A stretch of 64,000 bases of DNA, taken from contig CBDCTZ010000015.1 in the NCBI GenBank assembly GCA_965222375.1, forward strand, positions 800,001-864,000, in the 5' to 3' direction. This document shows positions 19,944 to 29,639 of the stretch, piece by piece. Within the stretch, counting starts at the first letter, position 1, and every line of letters begins with the position of its first letter. This DNA is from Polyangiaceae bacterium (GTDB lineage: Bacteria; Myxococcota_A; Polyangia; Polyangiales; Polyangiaceae). Below the pieces are notes generated by a model. The model was not told the DNA's origin, searched no databases, and saw only the letters and a list, made by a program, of their open reading frames with translations. The position numbers were made by a program, and so were the translations under genes.

Positions 19944-22739
19944 TTGGCGCCTGTGAAGTGTCTGAGCGATGCCCAAGTGAGTGCGTTCGTCGAGGGGTTA
20001 CTCGACGCGGACGAGCTGACGGATGTGGATACGCACCTCGACTCTTGCCCGACATGCCGCAAGCTGGTCGCCTCGGCCGGGCAACTGACTGACCCGTCTT
20101 CGATGGATCTTTCTCCAGGCGCACGAGTTGGTCGCTACACCGTGCTCCAACGGGTGGGCGCAGGCAGCATGGGGGTCGTATACAGCGCCTACGACGCTTC
20201 CCTCGATCGCCGAGTAGCACTGAAATCGTTACTCTCCGCAAGCCTCGAAGACGATCTTGGCGACGGGGGTCAGATCCAGGCCGAGGCACAGGCCCTCGCC
20301 AAGTTGTCGCACCCCAACGTGGTGCATGTCTACGAGGTGTTTCGTCACGGCGATCGAACCTTCCTGAGCATGGAGTACGTGGAAGGGTCGACGTTGTCTG
20401 AGTGGATAGATCAGTCAGACCGCAGCCGTGAAGATATCCTTCGGGTGCTACTCGACGCGGGCGCCGGGCTTTCTGCCGCTCACCAAAGTGGACTCGTTCA
20501 CCGCGACATCAAGCCCGACAACATCTTGATCGGGGCGGACGAGCGCCCACGAGTGAGTGACTTTGGGTTGGCACGTATTGCTGGCACAGTTAGCGTGGAG
20601 GCAGCCGTACCGGACCTGCTCCAGACCCAGACCCTGCGCACGCAAACGGGTCTGTGTGCAGGCACGCCCGCGTACATGGCGCCAGAGCAACTAGAGGGCA
20701 GCCCAGCCACGGAAAAGTCCGATCAGTTCGGCTTCGCGGTCGTGGCCTACGAAGCGCTGACCAAGACTCGGCCATTTCCGGCCAAGACCCTGGAGCAGCT
20801 ACGGGAACGCTTGCAGCAGGAGCCAGAGCGTCCCTCGATGACGGGCTTTTCTGGACACGAAAGGGCGGTGCTTGCCGCGCTGCGACGCGGCCTGGACCCG
20901 GATCCTGCTCGCCGGTTCGGGTCGCTCAGCGATTTGTTGCAGGCGCTGGCACCTCCCAAGGGCAAGGCTTCTCGCTTCGGCACAGCAGCAGTCGTCGTTG
21001 GCTTGGTGGCCGTCGCGGGCGCGGTGTGGGCGCGCAGCGACGGCGAGGCCGGCTGCAGCGGGGCAACGGCTTTGGTTCAGGCAAGCTGGAGCGAAACCCA
21101 AAAACAGTCTGTCCGGGCGCGCTTCAAGCAGGTGCGCCCCAGCTATGGTGCCGCGGCCGCGGACACCGTTGGACGGCTCCTCGATCGCTACGCCAAGGCA
21201 TGGGAAGAGTCTCGCACCGCAGCGTGCCTCGAGACCCAGGTGCGCAAAGAGCAGTCTGCGACGCTGCTTGATCGGCGCATGCAGTGTCACGATGATCTGC
21301 TCGCGGAACTCAGTGCATTGGTCGGCTTGTTCGAGAGAGCTGACACGAAACTCGTTGCCCGCGCAGTGAATGCGGCTAGCGGGCTGCGCCCCATCAGTCG
21401 CTGCTCGCGAGCCGCGCTATTGGCTGAGGGTGCGCTGCCTAGCGCGCCGGAAGAACGAGCTGCCACTATCGCGCTCCGAGAGCTACTGGTGCGCGTCCGA
21501 ACCGACAAACTCGCTGGGCATTACAAGAAGGCCGAGAGCGAGCTGCGTGAGGCGCTCTCCGGAAAAGATACTGCTCTGCGACACCAAGCGACAAAGGCGG
21601 AAGCGCTGGCCTTGCTCGGGGACGTAGAAAAGAAGCTCGGAATGCGGTCGAAAGCCGAGCGCAACCTAGAGCGGGCAGTGTTCGCTGGCGAAAACGGAGG
21701 CAACCCGACCGCCGCCGCGATGGCCGCGGTGAGCCTCATCGGAGTGCTCCGACAGGACGCAAGTCGTCACAAAGAAGCCGAGCACTGGGCGCGCCACGCA
21801 GAGCGCGCCCTGGAAGCGGCTGGCTCGCCTAGCCAACTGCAGGCGGACTTTCACCTCGGCCTGGGGAACTTTGCCCTATCGAAGGGCAAAGACCCGACGA
21901 AGCACTACGAGACCGCCCTGTCCGTGGTTCGCCAAGAGCGAAAGCCCGCAGGGGCCCAAGAAGCTCTGGCGCTGCACAACCTCGCTATCGCCCATTCAAT
22001 CCAAGGGCGGCTTCCGAAGGCTCTGAAGGCGCACCGCCAGGCGCTGCAGCTGCGGCGACGGCTGCTGAGCGCAGACCATCCGGAGGTTGCAGAGTCGATT
22101 CACAGCATCGCCAACGTGCTCAACCGTCAGGGAAGATTCTCTGAGGCCGTGGACGAGTACCGGCGCGCGCTTGGAATCGCCCGCAGAAGCCTGGGGCCAA
22201 CCCACCCCGCGATCGGCGACTTCCTCGGCAACATGGCGACGGCGCTGCTCGAACTCGGGCGCTATGCGGAAGCACGCAAGGCTCTGCAGGAGGCACGCAC
22301 CATTCTGACCCGAGCCTTCGGAAAGGAGAGCTCGGATCTGGGTTACGTCTACGTCACCCTCGGTGACGTGGCAGTAAGGCAAGAGCACGCCCGCGAAGCC
22401 AGTGACTACTACGGGCGAGCCATCGCGATCTGGACACGCAAGCTTGCCTCGAATCATCCCGAACTTGCGGCTCCCCTCGCCGGTATGGCAGAAGCCAAAC
22501 TGCTTCTGGGTGAGCGTGACGCAGCCATCGAGTTCGGCCAGCGCGCCCTCGGCCTAGTGGAGAAAGAAAGTGGCCGAAATCGGATCCGCGCGCAGGTGCG
22601 CTTCGTTCTCGCACGTGCGCTGTATCCGAGGGATCCAGAACAGGCTAGAGCGTTGGCCAAGCGCAGCGCCTCCGACTTCCAACCGGGTTCACCTGGACGC
22701 CGCAAAGCCGAAGCTTGGCTGCAGCAGCATGAGAATTGA
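19944..22739 (+). CDS. Membrane Ser/Thr kinase with N-terminal zf-HC2 motif and extracytoplasmic TPR repeats
   Basis: HLDSCPTC; GAGSMGVV, ALK, HRDIKPDN, DFG, GTPAYMAPE; TM segment; TPRs with DHPEVA/THPAIG/NHPELA. Confidence 0.93.
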   Translation: MAPVKCLSDAQVSAFVEGLLDADELTDVDTHLDSCPTCRKLVASAGQLTDPSSMDLSPGARVGRYTVLQRVGAGSMGVVYSAYDASLDRRVALKSLLSASLEDDLGDGGQIQAEAQALAKLSHPNVVHVYEVFRHGDRTFLSMEYVEGSTLSEWIDQSDRSREDILRVLLDAGAGLSAAHQSGLVHRDIKPDNILIGADERPRVSDFGLARIAGTVSVEAAVPDLLQTQTLRTQTGLCAGTPAYMAPEQLEGSPATEKSDQFGFAVVAYEALTKTRPFPAKTLEQLRERLQQEPERPSMTGFSGHERAVLAALRRGLDPDPARRFGSLSDLLQALAPPKGKASRFGTAAVVVGLVAVAGAVWARSDGEAGCSGATALVQASWSETQKQSVRARFKQVRPSYGAAAADTVGRLLDRYAKAWEESRTAACLETQVRKEQSATLLDRRMQCHDDLLAELSALVGLFERADTKLVARAVNAASGLRPISRCSRAALLAEGALPSAPEERAATIALRELLVRVRTDKLAGHYKKAESELREALSGKDTALRHQATKAEALALLGDVEKKLGMRSKAERNLERAVFAGENGGNPTAAAMAAVSLIGVLRQDASRHKEAEHWARHAERALEAAGSPSQLQADFHLGLGNFALSKGKDPTKHYETALSVVRQERKPAGAQEALALHNLAIAHSIQGRLPKALKAHRQALQLRRRLLSADHPEVAESIHSIANVLNRQGRFSEAVDEYRRALGIARRSLGPTHPAIGDFLGNMATALLELGRYAEARKALQEARTILTRAFGKESSDLGYVYVTLGDVAVRQEHAREASDYYGRAIAIWTRKLASNHPELAAPLAGMAEAKLLLGERDAAIEFGQRALGLVEKESGRNRIRAQVRFVLARALYPRDPEQARALAKRSASDFQPGSPGRRKAEAWLQQHEN

Positions 22740-22742
22740 GCC

Positions 22743-23297
22743 ATGTCCTTCCCCCATCGCTTCTATTTCCTCCGGCACGGCGAGACGGCGTGGAACCGCG
22801 CGCGCCGCACCCAGGGTCAGCTCGAAAGCGAGTTGAACGACGCCGGGCGCGCCCAGGCGGCCCGCGCAGCCGAGTTGCTGGCACACGAGCCCATAACAGC
22901 GATCATCGCCAGCCCGCTCTCCCGCGCCCGCCACACCGCCGAAGCCGTCGCCGCCCACCACGAAGTTCCGTTGACCTTCGACGACGGCCTCATGGCGTGC
23001 CACCTTGGCGGCCTCCAGGGCGGCCCGCACGGCCCCTGGCTGGCCGACTACTGGACCGGCGATTTCGATCCGCCCGGCGGCGAAACCTTCTATGAGTTTT
23101 CCGACCGCGCCTGGTCCGCCATGCGGGCCGCCGTCACTCCCAGCCCCAACCGCCTGATCGTCGCCCATGGTGGTCTTTGGCTCGCCGCCCATCGCTTCAC
23201 TCGTATAGAGCCGCCGCTGGTCCCGCCTCGCAACGCCAACCCGATCCGCATCACGCCGCACGCCGACGGCTGGGCGGCCGAGCAGCTTGGCGACTGA
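22743..23297 (+). CDS. Histidine phosphatase (phosphoglycerate mutase-like) family protein
   Basis: RHGETAWN, SPLSRARHTA and VAHGG motifs. Confidence 0.92.
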   Translation: MSFPHRFYFLRHGETAWNRARRTQGQLESELNDAGRAQAARAAELLAHEPITAIIASPLSRARHTAEAVAAHHEVPLTFDDGLMACHLGGLQGGPHGPWLADYWTGDFDPPGGETFYEFSDRAWSAMRAAVTPSPNRLIVAHGGLWLAAHRFTRIEPPLVPPRNANPIRITPHADGWAAEQLGD

Positions 23298-23548
23298 AGG
23301 CTCGAGAGGACCCAAGTACTCGCGAGGGATGCGTAGGTGTCACTACGGCGACTGTTTGTCCGCGAGGAACCATTGCGCGCTGTCCGCTTCCTTGACGAGA
23401 GATCCCTTGGCCTCGATTGACCGCAGCGCGCCGCGAAGCCTTGAGGTCTCGGCGACACGGTGCGATTCGGGACCAGAGCTCCTGCGCGGATCGTCCGGGG
23501 TGCGAGGGCGGCTACCCAGGCTCGGGCCGGCATGGCATATTTCGAGTC

Positions 23549-24826
23549 ATGCCGCCTCGCCGCGCCTCGCTACTCGCTCTACCGCTCGGGGTCGCCGCGG
23601 TTGCCGTCGCGTGCGCTGAGGAACTGCCCCCACCTGAGAACGCAGGTGGCACCGGAGCGGGTACGAGCGGGGGTGCGGCGGGCAGCAGCGGGAGCTCTGG
23701 CGCAAGCGGTAGCGGCGGGAGCAGTGGCGACGCTGGTTGCGTTTGCTCGCCCAGCAATGCGACGGGCTCTTGTGATACGGGGTCTTGTGTCGTTGTTTCG
23801 TGCAAGTCGGGTTTCGGCGATTGCGACGGCAAAGACGACAACGGCTGCGAAGAGGCGCTGAATGTCGACGGCAATTGCGGCGCTTGCGGGCGGAGTTGCT
23901 TGGGCGCAGCGTGCACTGCGGGAGCTTGCGAAGCGATCACCTTGGTGTCTGGGCTTACGGACCCCTGGGGCGTGCTCGTCGACGACACTCACGTCTACTT
24001 TTCGGACTTCAAGGACGGCTTCATCGACCGGGCCAGCAAGGTGGACGGCTCGGGTCGCACGTCCCTCGCGAGCGGGTACCCCTCGACGTGGTTCATGGTC
24101 CGGGATGGCGGGTACATCTACTTCACCACGCGAGCCGGTCAGACCGTTGATCGCGTTTTGGCGGATGGCAGCGCCCAGGCCGAAACCTTCCTGAGTCCCG
24201 GCGTGAAGACGTCGGGGCTGGTCATCGATTCGGGGACCATCTACTTCACGCAGTCGGAACTCGCGGCGTTCGTTTGGCGCGCCCCGAAAAAGAAAGGCGC
24301 CACCGCCGTCAAACTGGTAACGCAACAGGATACACCCCTCGGAATCGCCGTGGACGACACCAACGTTTACTGGGGCAGCGGTTCGAACCTCGGCAGTGGT
24401 GAAGTACGTCGGGTCAAGAAGAACGTGAGCCCGGAGACGCTATCCGGTCAGCAGGTCGCCACCAGCCAGGGGAGCGTGCGCGGCGTGCTGCTCGACTCGA
24501 AGAGCGTGTACTGGACGAGTGACGACTCGGGGCACGGTCGCGTCACTCGGTACAACATCGCCACCGCGAATGTGGAGGCACTCGCCGTCACGGAGCCCGC
24601 CGAGTACGCTGTCGTTGACGGCAAGTACATCTACTGGGCAGCCAGCGATGACACGGCCGGACACATCTATCGACTGGAAAAGGATTACGCGCCGACCGCG
24701 GCGCCCGCCCCGGTGGTGAAGCTCTTCTCGGAAGCCGGAGCGAAGCCGCATGACATCGCGGTGGACGCAACAGCTTTGTACTTCACCGACGACGGCAAGG
24801 GGCGCGTTCTCAAGATCGCGAAGTGA
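23549..24826 (+). CDS. Lipoprotein with Cys-rich repeat and beta-propeller (paralog 1)
   Basis: Lipobox AVAC, GFGDCDG...NGCE...NCGACGRSC module, repeats of GIAVDDTNVYW type. Confidence 0.85.
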   Translation: MPPRRASLLALPLGVAAVAVACAEELPPPENAGGTGAGTSGGAAGSSGSSGASGSGGSSGDAGCVCSPSNATGSCDTGSCVVVSCKSGFGDCDGKDDNGCEEALNVDGNCGACGRSCLGAACTAGACEAITLVSGLTDPWGVLVDDTHVYFSDFKDGFIDRASKVDGSGRTSLASGYPSTWFMVRDGGYIYFTTRAGQTVDRVLADGSAQAETFLSPGVKTSGLVIDSGTIYFTQSELAAFVWRAPKKKGATAVKLVTQQDTPLGIAVDDTNVYWGSGSNLGSGEVRRVKKNVSPETLSGQQVATSQGSVRGVLLDSKSVYWTSDDSGHGRVTRYNIATANVEALAVTEPAEYAVVDGKYIYWAASDDTAGHIYRLEKDYAPTAAPAPVVKLFSEAGAKPHDIAVDATALYFTDDGKGRVLKIAK

Positions 24827-24863
24827 TTAGAGCGCGATCCGCTGTCAGCGCTCACGGCCCGCG

Positions 24864-26666
24864 TCATTTCGTCGGCAGGGGGTAGCGCTGCTGGACAATC
24901 AGCGGCCCGCGCCAGCCGTAACCGTTGTTGTCCGCGTAGCCGGCGATGGGCTTGAACTCGACACGGAGCTTGCCCGTCGCGCAGTCAATGGCGCCGATGT
25001 TGTCAGCGCAGCCGCTCCAATTCGAATCCGGCGTGAAACGATCCAAGAAGCTCTGGCTGGTCCAGGCGTTGAAGTCGTCGACTTCCTTTTGAGTCGGCAG
25101 GGACATGCCGGGGATGGGGGCGCAGCTCGAGTTCTTGTCGAATCCCGAGGCGGACTGCCAATCGACGAGGGACTTGCCGTCGATTCTGCAGCCCGGGATG
25201 CTGTCGGGGACGTACCAGTTGTGGTCCATGGCTTTCACGTCGGACTGACTGGGGACCTGCACGTGAGCTTGGCTCCCCGTGGTCCAGAGCACGTTGCGCT
25301 GGATGTGGAACTCTCCAGGGCCGTAGCTCGCTCGTATCACCGGGCGCTTACCGATGACGTTGACCAGGGTGTTGTTCTCGATCCAGGCGCGCTGAGTGCT
25401 CGGCGCCTCGCCACCGGTCGACACACCCGGCATCAGATTCCAAAACACGACGTTGCCGCTGACGCGGTGGTTCACGCCCGAGTGCTCCTTGTGGCTCCCT
25501 CCAACATGCAGTGCGAATGCAGTTTCCGTCTGTGTGCACTTGCCCATGATGTTGCCAATAATCCAAGTGACGCTCGTGCCGTGGCCGAGCACGATGCACC
25601 CATTGCCACCATTGCCCAAGACGTTGCCAACGATCTTGATGTCCCTGGAGCCAGGTACGGTGTCATTGCCCGTGGCCACATCCACGGGCTGCTCCTTGAC
25701 TGGGCCGGGCACGCGGTTATCCACGATCCAGAAGTGGTCGCCGACTTTGTTCTGCAGCGTCAAGCCGGTCGGGCTGTGCACCACCAAGGCGTCATTGTTG
25801 GGGATGTCGTAGGCCGTGCTGTCAATGATCACGCCATAGCTGGACTGCTTTCCGAAGTGAATTCCGTTGTTCTGGCAATCGTGTGCGGTCACGCCCTGAA
25901 TGGTGACGTGATCGGACTCACTGGTGTTGACACAAGGCCCACCATCGCTCCCCGTGGACTCCATGTCCCGAACGGTGACGTGGGAGCTCCCCTTGATGAT
26001 GCGAATCGCGCGCAGCTTGGGCAGCGCATCGGCTAGCGGGCCGTAGGCGCCGTAGGTCACGGGTAAACCATCCGCACCTTTGACACCGGAAATGGACAGG
26101 GTTGCGCCGCCAGTCCAAGCTTCGCCCCGACGAAACAGAACGTAGTCGTCCGCGTTCAGAGAAGACGCCGCTTGATTGACGCGTGCCAGCGTTTTCCAGG
26201 GCTTCGCTCTGCTGCCATCGTTGTTGTCTGCTCCGGTGCTGGAGTCGACATAATAGCAAGTGCCACTTTTCTCACAGGGGTCCGCGAGGCATTCCAAGCC
26301 AACGCGGTAATAGCCAGTGTCGCAGGCACAAGTAGGTTTTGCGTCCACGCTGACACACGTTCCCTTGCCAGAGCAGGTCTCACCACAAGTGGCGGGAAGA
26401 CCGCCACTGCCTGCGCTACCCGAACTGCCCCCGCTACCAGCTTGACCAGCGTTTCCTCCCACTGCGCCGGCACCCGCTCCGCCGGCCATGCCTCCGCTTG
26501 CGCCAGTTCCGGCTGAGCCTCCCGAGCTGGGACCATCTCCGGAATCCGAATCGCTACCGCATGCGACAAGCAACAGCGCTGCCAAGGGCGCGATGAGCGC
26601 GAGGCGCGACGCCGCATGTCGCGTTGCGGGGATGCAGGACTGAGCTTTCTTCGCGTCGAGTTTCAT
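24864..26666 (-). CDS. Lipoprotein with EGF-like module and right-handed beta-helix (pectin lyase-like fold)
   Basis: Lipobox LVAC; CSGKGTC...CACDTGY; YYVDSSTGADNNDGSRAKPWKTL; LFRRGEAW; IVGN/IIGN/IENN repeats. Confidence 0.85.
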   Translation of the reverse strand: MKLDAKKAQSCIPATRHAASRLALIAPLAALLLVACGSDSDSGDGPSSGGSAGTGASGGMAGGAGAGAVGGNAGQAGSGGSSGSAGSGGLPATCGETCSGKGTCVSVDAKPTCACDTGYYRVGLECLADPCEKSGTCYYVDSSTGADNNDGSRAKPWKTLARVNQAASSLNADDYVLFRRGEAWTGGATLSISGVKGADGLPVTYGAYGPLADALPKLRAIRIIKGSSHVTVRDMESTGSDGGPCVNTSESDHVTIQGVTAHDCQNNGIHFGKQSSYGVIIDSTAYDIPNNDALVVHSPTGLTLQNKVGDHFWIVDNRVPGPVKEQPVDVATGNDTVPGSRDIKIVGNVLGNGGNGCIVLGHGTSVTWIIGNIMGKCTQTETAFALHVGGSHKEHSGVNHRVSGNVVFWNLMPGVSTGGEAPSTQRAWIENNTLVNVIGKRPVIRASYGPGEFHIQRNVLWTTGSQAHVQVPSQSDVKAMDHNWYVPDSIPGCRIDGKSLVDWQSASGFDKNSSCAPIPGMSLPTQKEVDDFNAWTSQSFLDRFTPDSNWSGCADNIGAIDCATGKLRVEFKPIAGYADNNGYGWRGPLIVQQRYPLPTK

Positions 26667-26679
26667 TGCCGCCAAACGG

Positions 26680-26695
26680 TGCAACCCGTGTGCCT
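26680..26695 (-). promoter_or_regulatory. sigma54 -24/-12 promoter
   Basis: Minus strand AGGCACACGGGTTGCA, 15 nt before ATG 26666. Confidence 0.75.
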
Positions 26696-26747
26696 ACCCA
26701 CAATGACAGCGAGGGTCGGAGTGTCTCCCACACAATCTTGACTCAAC

Positions 26748-26782
26748 GTGACTTGAATGTCACCGCGTGACATTCAGGTCAC
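26748..26782. promoter_or_regulatory. 35-bp palindromic enhancer-like element, copy 1
   Basis: GTGAC TTGAAT GTCAC CGC GTGAC ATTCAG GTCAC; 16-bp arms with one mismatch; 54 bp from the -24 GG. Confidence 0.8.
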
Positions 26783-26869
26783 TAGCGAGGTGGCTAGGGC
26801 AGCATGTTACGTAGCAAGACCGATTGATGGGCCACAGCCGTCGCACGCCCCATTGGCACCAGAGCGACA

Positions 26870-28591
26870 CTAGAGTTCAAGGGCGCCTAGAGCGCCACCC
26901 GGCACGCGGGGTGCTCCGGTGAAATCAGTGAACTTGGTTGCGTCGTCGACGCCAATGCCCTTCGTCGAACCAACTGTAGGATCACAGGCCTTCGCGTGGG
27001 GGCTTGCCGACGTGGGTTGCACCAGTGGGATGCAAAACTGCTCTTGTGCCGTGATCCGCTTGCGAGTCGTGCAAAAGTCTTTTCCGGCGGCATCGGCAGT
27101 CTTTGGCTTGACGACGTCCGTTGATGCCTGCGTGGTGAAGGGCGTGGTATTGAAGAAGCCGTTGTACGCTGCGGTGCTCTTGTTGTCCCAGGACTGTCCT
27201 GCCTTCGCGCCTGCATCCAGCATGAGATTGCAGCGAAGCTCGAGCGCCGACGCCCCAGCGTTGGTCTGCAGGTAGTCACCGGTTTTGACGAAGGTGTTGA
27301 AGTAGAACTCGGATTGCGTGTACCCACCCCAGGCGACGATTCCAGTATCGCCGGTGTCATGGATGATGTTCCCGTTGACGGAAATGCGTGACTTCTTCGC
27401 TGCAGCAGTTCCCAAGGTCATGCCACGACCACCGATGTCACTGATGATGTTCCCTGCGATCACTACGTGAGATTTCTCATAGTCCCCTGACCAGGCCACG
27501 GCTGGACCGGCGCTGCCCGTTCCAGAACACTTGCCGTCTGTCTTGCGGAAACCCCACATGCGGTTGTTCAAAATGCGAATCGGCGCAGCGGCTATGCCAC
27601 CGTTCTTTAGATCGATCGCGTTTTCGGCACATGCGCAATTGCCGAAGCCTGGCTTCGTGGGATCGGTACTGCCGTTGCAGTCGCTATGTGCTGCAGGTGT
27701 CAGGTACAGGTCGTTGTTGGCGATGAGCACGTCTTTCACAACGCCACCGGGGTGGACTTGAAGGGCGTCCCCCGCGCAATCGTAGAACTCGTTGCTGACA
27801 ACGCGAATGCCCGAGGCACTCCCAATCACGAGGCAGTGCGAGTCGACGCCAGATTGAGCGATGCTGTTCCGCAGCACACTACGCTGTACGGTGTTGTCAA
27901 CTGAGGCGCCGAAGGCGAGCTGCCCACCTCCACCGCCGCCGTCCTCGATGAGAACGCCATCCAAAAGGTTGTTGGTCGAACCATCCTTGAAACGAACAAA
28001 GGTACCAGGCGACTTTCGTCGAAACGTCAGACCGTGAACCTGCCAGTGTTTGGCGGCAGCTGAAAACTCCAGACCGCTCAGTACAGCGCGAACCGACTCG
28101 GACATCTTGACCGGGTGCTGCATAGCTGGGGTTGCACCGTCGTAGACGATGATGCGCGGTTTGGCTGCAGTGCCGGCCACGGAGAGAACCACTTTTGCTG
28201 AGGAGTAGTCACCAGGCTGAACACAGAAGATGCGTTTGCCAGCGTTGTTGATCTTGCCAAAATCGCTAGTCGATTTGATGATGAGCGTTTCGTTGTCACT
28301 TGGATTGCACGTCGGCGGCGTGAACGGCAGCTCGTAGTTGCTGCCCCCCGAGCCCGCAACACCCCCTGAACCCGCGGCACCACCGGAACCGGCCACCCCA
28401 CCGCTGCCTGCCGAACCGGCCGTCGCACCCGCTCCCGAGCTGCCACCGGCACCAGCTCCGGAGCCCGCGCGCCCACCGGTACCCGACACCGCGCCCGAGC
28501 CAGCCATGCCGCCCAGCCCCGGCCCAGAGTTTTCGCTGTCGTCCGCCCCGCAAGCTACGTGCGCGAGCGCCGCAAGTACAACCAGACCCAT
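26870..28591 (-). CDS. Right-handed beta-helix lipoprotein (polysaccharide lyase/hydrolase-like fold)
   Basis: Lipobox HVAC, Gly/Ser linker, VQPGDY, repeated IANN/ILNN/IAGN/VNGN turns, ENAIDLKNG. Confidence 0.82.
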   Translation of the reverse strand: MGLVVLAALAHVACGADDSENSGPGLGGMAGSGAVSGTGGRAGSGAGAGGSSGAGATAGSAGSGGVAGSGGAAGSGGVAGSGGSNYELPFTPPTCNPSDNETLIIKSTSDFGKINNAGKRIFCVQPGDYSSAKVVLSVAGTAAKPRIIVYDGATPAMQHPVKMSESVRAVLSGLEFSAAAKHWQVHGLTFRRKSPGTFVRFKDGSTNNLLDGVLIEDGGGGGGQLAFGASVDNTVQRSVLRNSIAQSGVDSHCLVIGSASGIRVVSNEFYDCAGDALQVHPGGVVKDVLIANNDLYLTPAAHSDCNGSTDPTKPGFGNCACAENAIDLKNGGIAAAPIRILNNRMWGFRKTDGKCSGTGSAGPAVAWSGDYEKSHVVIAGNIISDIGGRGMTLGTAAAKKSRISVNGNIIHDTGDTGIVAWGGYTQSEFYFNTFVKTGDYLQTNAGASALELRCNLMLDAGAKAGQSWDNKSTAAYNGFFNTTPFTTQASTDVVKPKTADAAGKDFCTTRKRITAQEQFCIPLVQPTSASPHAKACDPTVGSTKGIGVDDATKFTDFTGAPRVPGGALGALEL

Positions 28592-28620
28592 TCGTCGAAT
28601 TTCCAAGCTCCACCGTCCTC

Positions 28621-29622
28621 TTACTTCGGCGCCACCAGCCCGTAGCAACCGTCTGGGCCCGCGATGCGCAAGGCGTCGTGGTAGACAGTGCGGCTCGCGC
28701 CGGAGGGCATCGGGGCCATCTTGTATTGCGACGAGTACATGCCCATCTTCAGATAGAACCCGTCTTGGTCGAAGAAGCCCTGGTGGTTGGAGCCCTTGAA
28801 GTCGACGACTTTGTTGCCGTCACGCCAGACCTTGAAAAAACCGGCACTGGACTCGGAGAAGTGGAAATTGATGACCCAGTCGACCCATTGGCCGACCTTG
28901 CCGCGAGGAGCCTGATACAGCTTACCGACTCCAGGCACTTCGTCCTGGAAGAAGAACGTGGCCGGATGCATGTGCCGCAACACCATGGGTTGTGCATCCG
29001 GAGGCGGGTTCGGAAACAGCCAGCCACGGTAGTGCGCCTGGAATAGCATCGCCGTGTCCACGAAACTGGTGTCGCCTTCGTAGTCGGCGTCGAGCTTGAC
29101 GCTGAACCCAACCCAATAAGTGGTGTTGGCTTGCAAGTCGAGGCCGCCGCTAGCGATGGAGACCTCGGTGCGGTATTTCACGGCGGATTGCGGTGTCAAC
29201 CGCGAGCGCATCACGTAGTTGCCTTCCCGAGCGCTCGCTTTCACGACTTCGGGCATGTTCCCCGACTGCTTCAAGTTGCTAGGCATGTTCCCCGACTCGA
29301 AGCCGACGTCCATGAGAAGCTTCGCGGTGCAGGCGGCGCCCGCGGAGCCGCCGCTCCCGCCACCGGCACTTCCTGCAGTGCCACCACTAGCGGCTGCTCC
29401 TGATCCCGCGTTACCCGCAGAGCCGCCTGAGTTCCCAACGCCCGCGGAGTTGCCACTTCCCGCCGTTGCGCCCATGCCACCGGACCCGCCGCTCGTCGCT
29501 GCGCCTGTTCCAGCCGTACCGCCGGAACCGGGCCTGGATCCTCCGGAGTCGTCAGAGCCGCAACCGATCAAGGAAAGTGCGGTGACAGTGATGAATAGAG
29601 TTGGAGCAACTATGAGACGCAT
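28621..29622 (-). CDS. Polysaccharide-lyase-like (jelly-roll, heparin lyase I/PF14099-like) lipoprotein, type B2
   Basis: Lipobox LIGC; GFESG, YRTE, YWVGFS, FQAH, WVDWV, FFKVWRDG, YLKMGMY, YHDALRI. Confidence 0.8.
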   Translation of the reverse strand: MRLIVAPTLFITVTALSLIGCGSDDSGGSRPGSGGTAGTGAATSGGSGGMGATAGSGNSAGVGNSGGSAGNAGSGAAASGGTAGSAGGGSGGSAGAACTAKLLMDVGFESGNMPSNLKQSGNMPEVVKASAREGNYVMRSRLTPQSAVKYRTEVSIASGGLDLQANTTYWVGFSVKLDADYEGDTSFVDTAMLFQAHYRGWLFPNPPPDAQPMVLRHMHPATFFFQDEVPGVGKLYQAPRGKVGQWVDWVINFHFSESSAGFFKVWRDGNKVVDFKGSNHQGFFDQDGFYLKMGMYSSQYKMAPMPSGASRTVYHDALRIAGPDGCYGLVAPK

Positions 29623-29639
29623 GGCGATGGACCTTTCGT

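Noticed and set aside
26748..26782. CRP/FNR or MrpC box, or intrinsic terminator
   Set aside because: Half-site spacing does not fit TGTGA-N6-TCACA, and the match to MrpC-type sites is poor. There is no U-tract, and the other copies conserve half-sites but not stem pairing.
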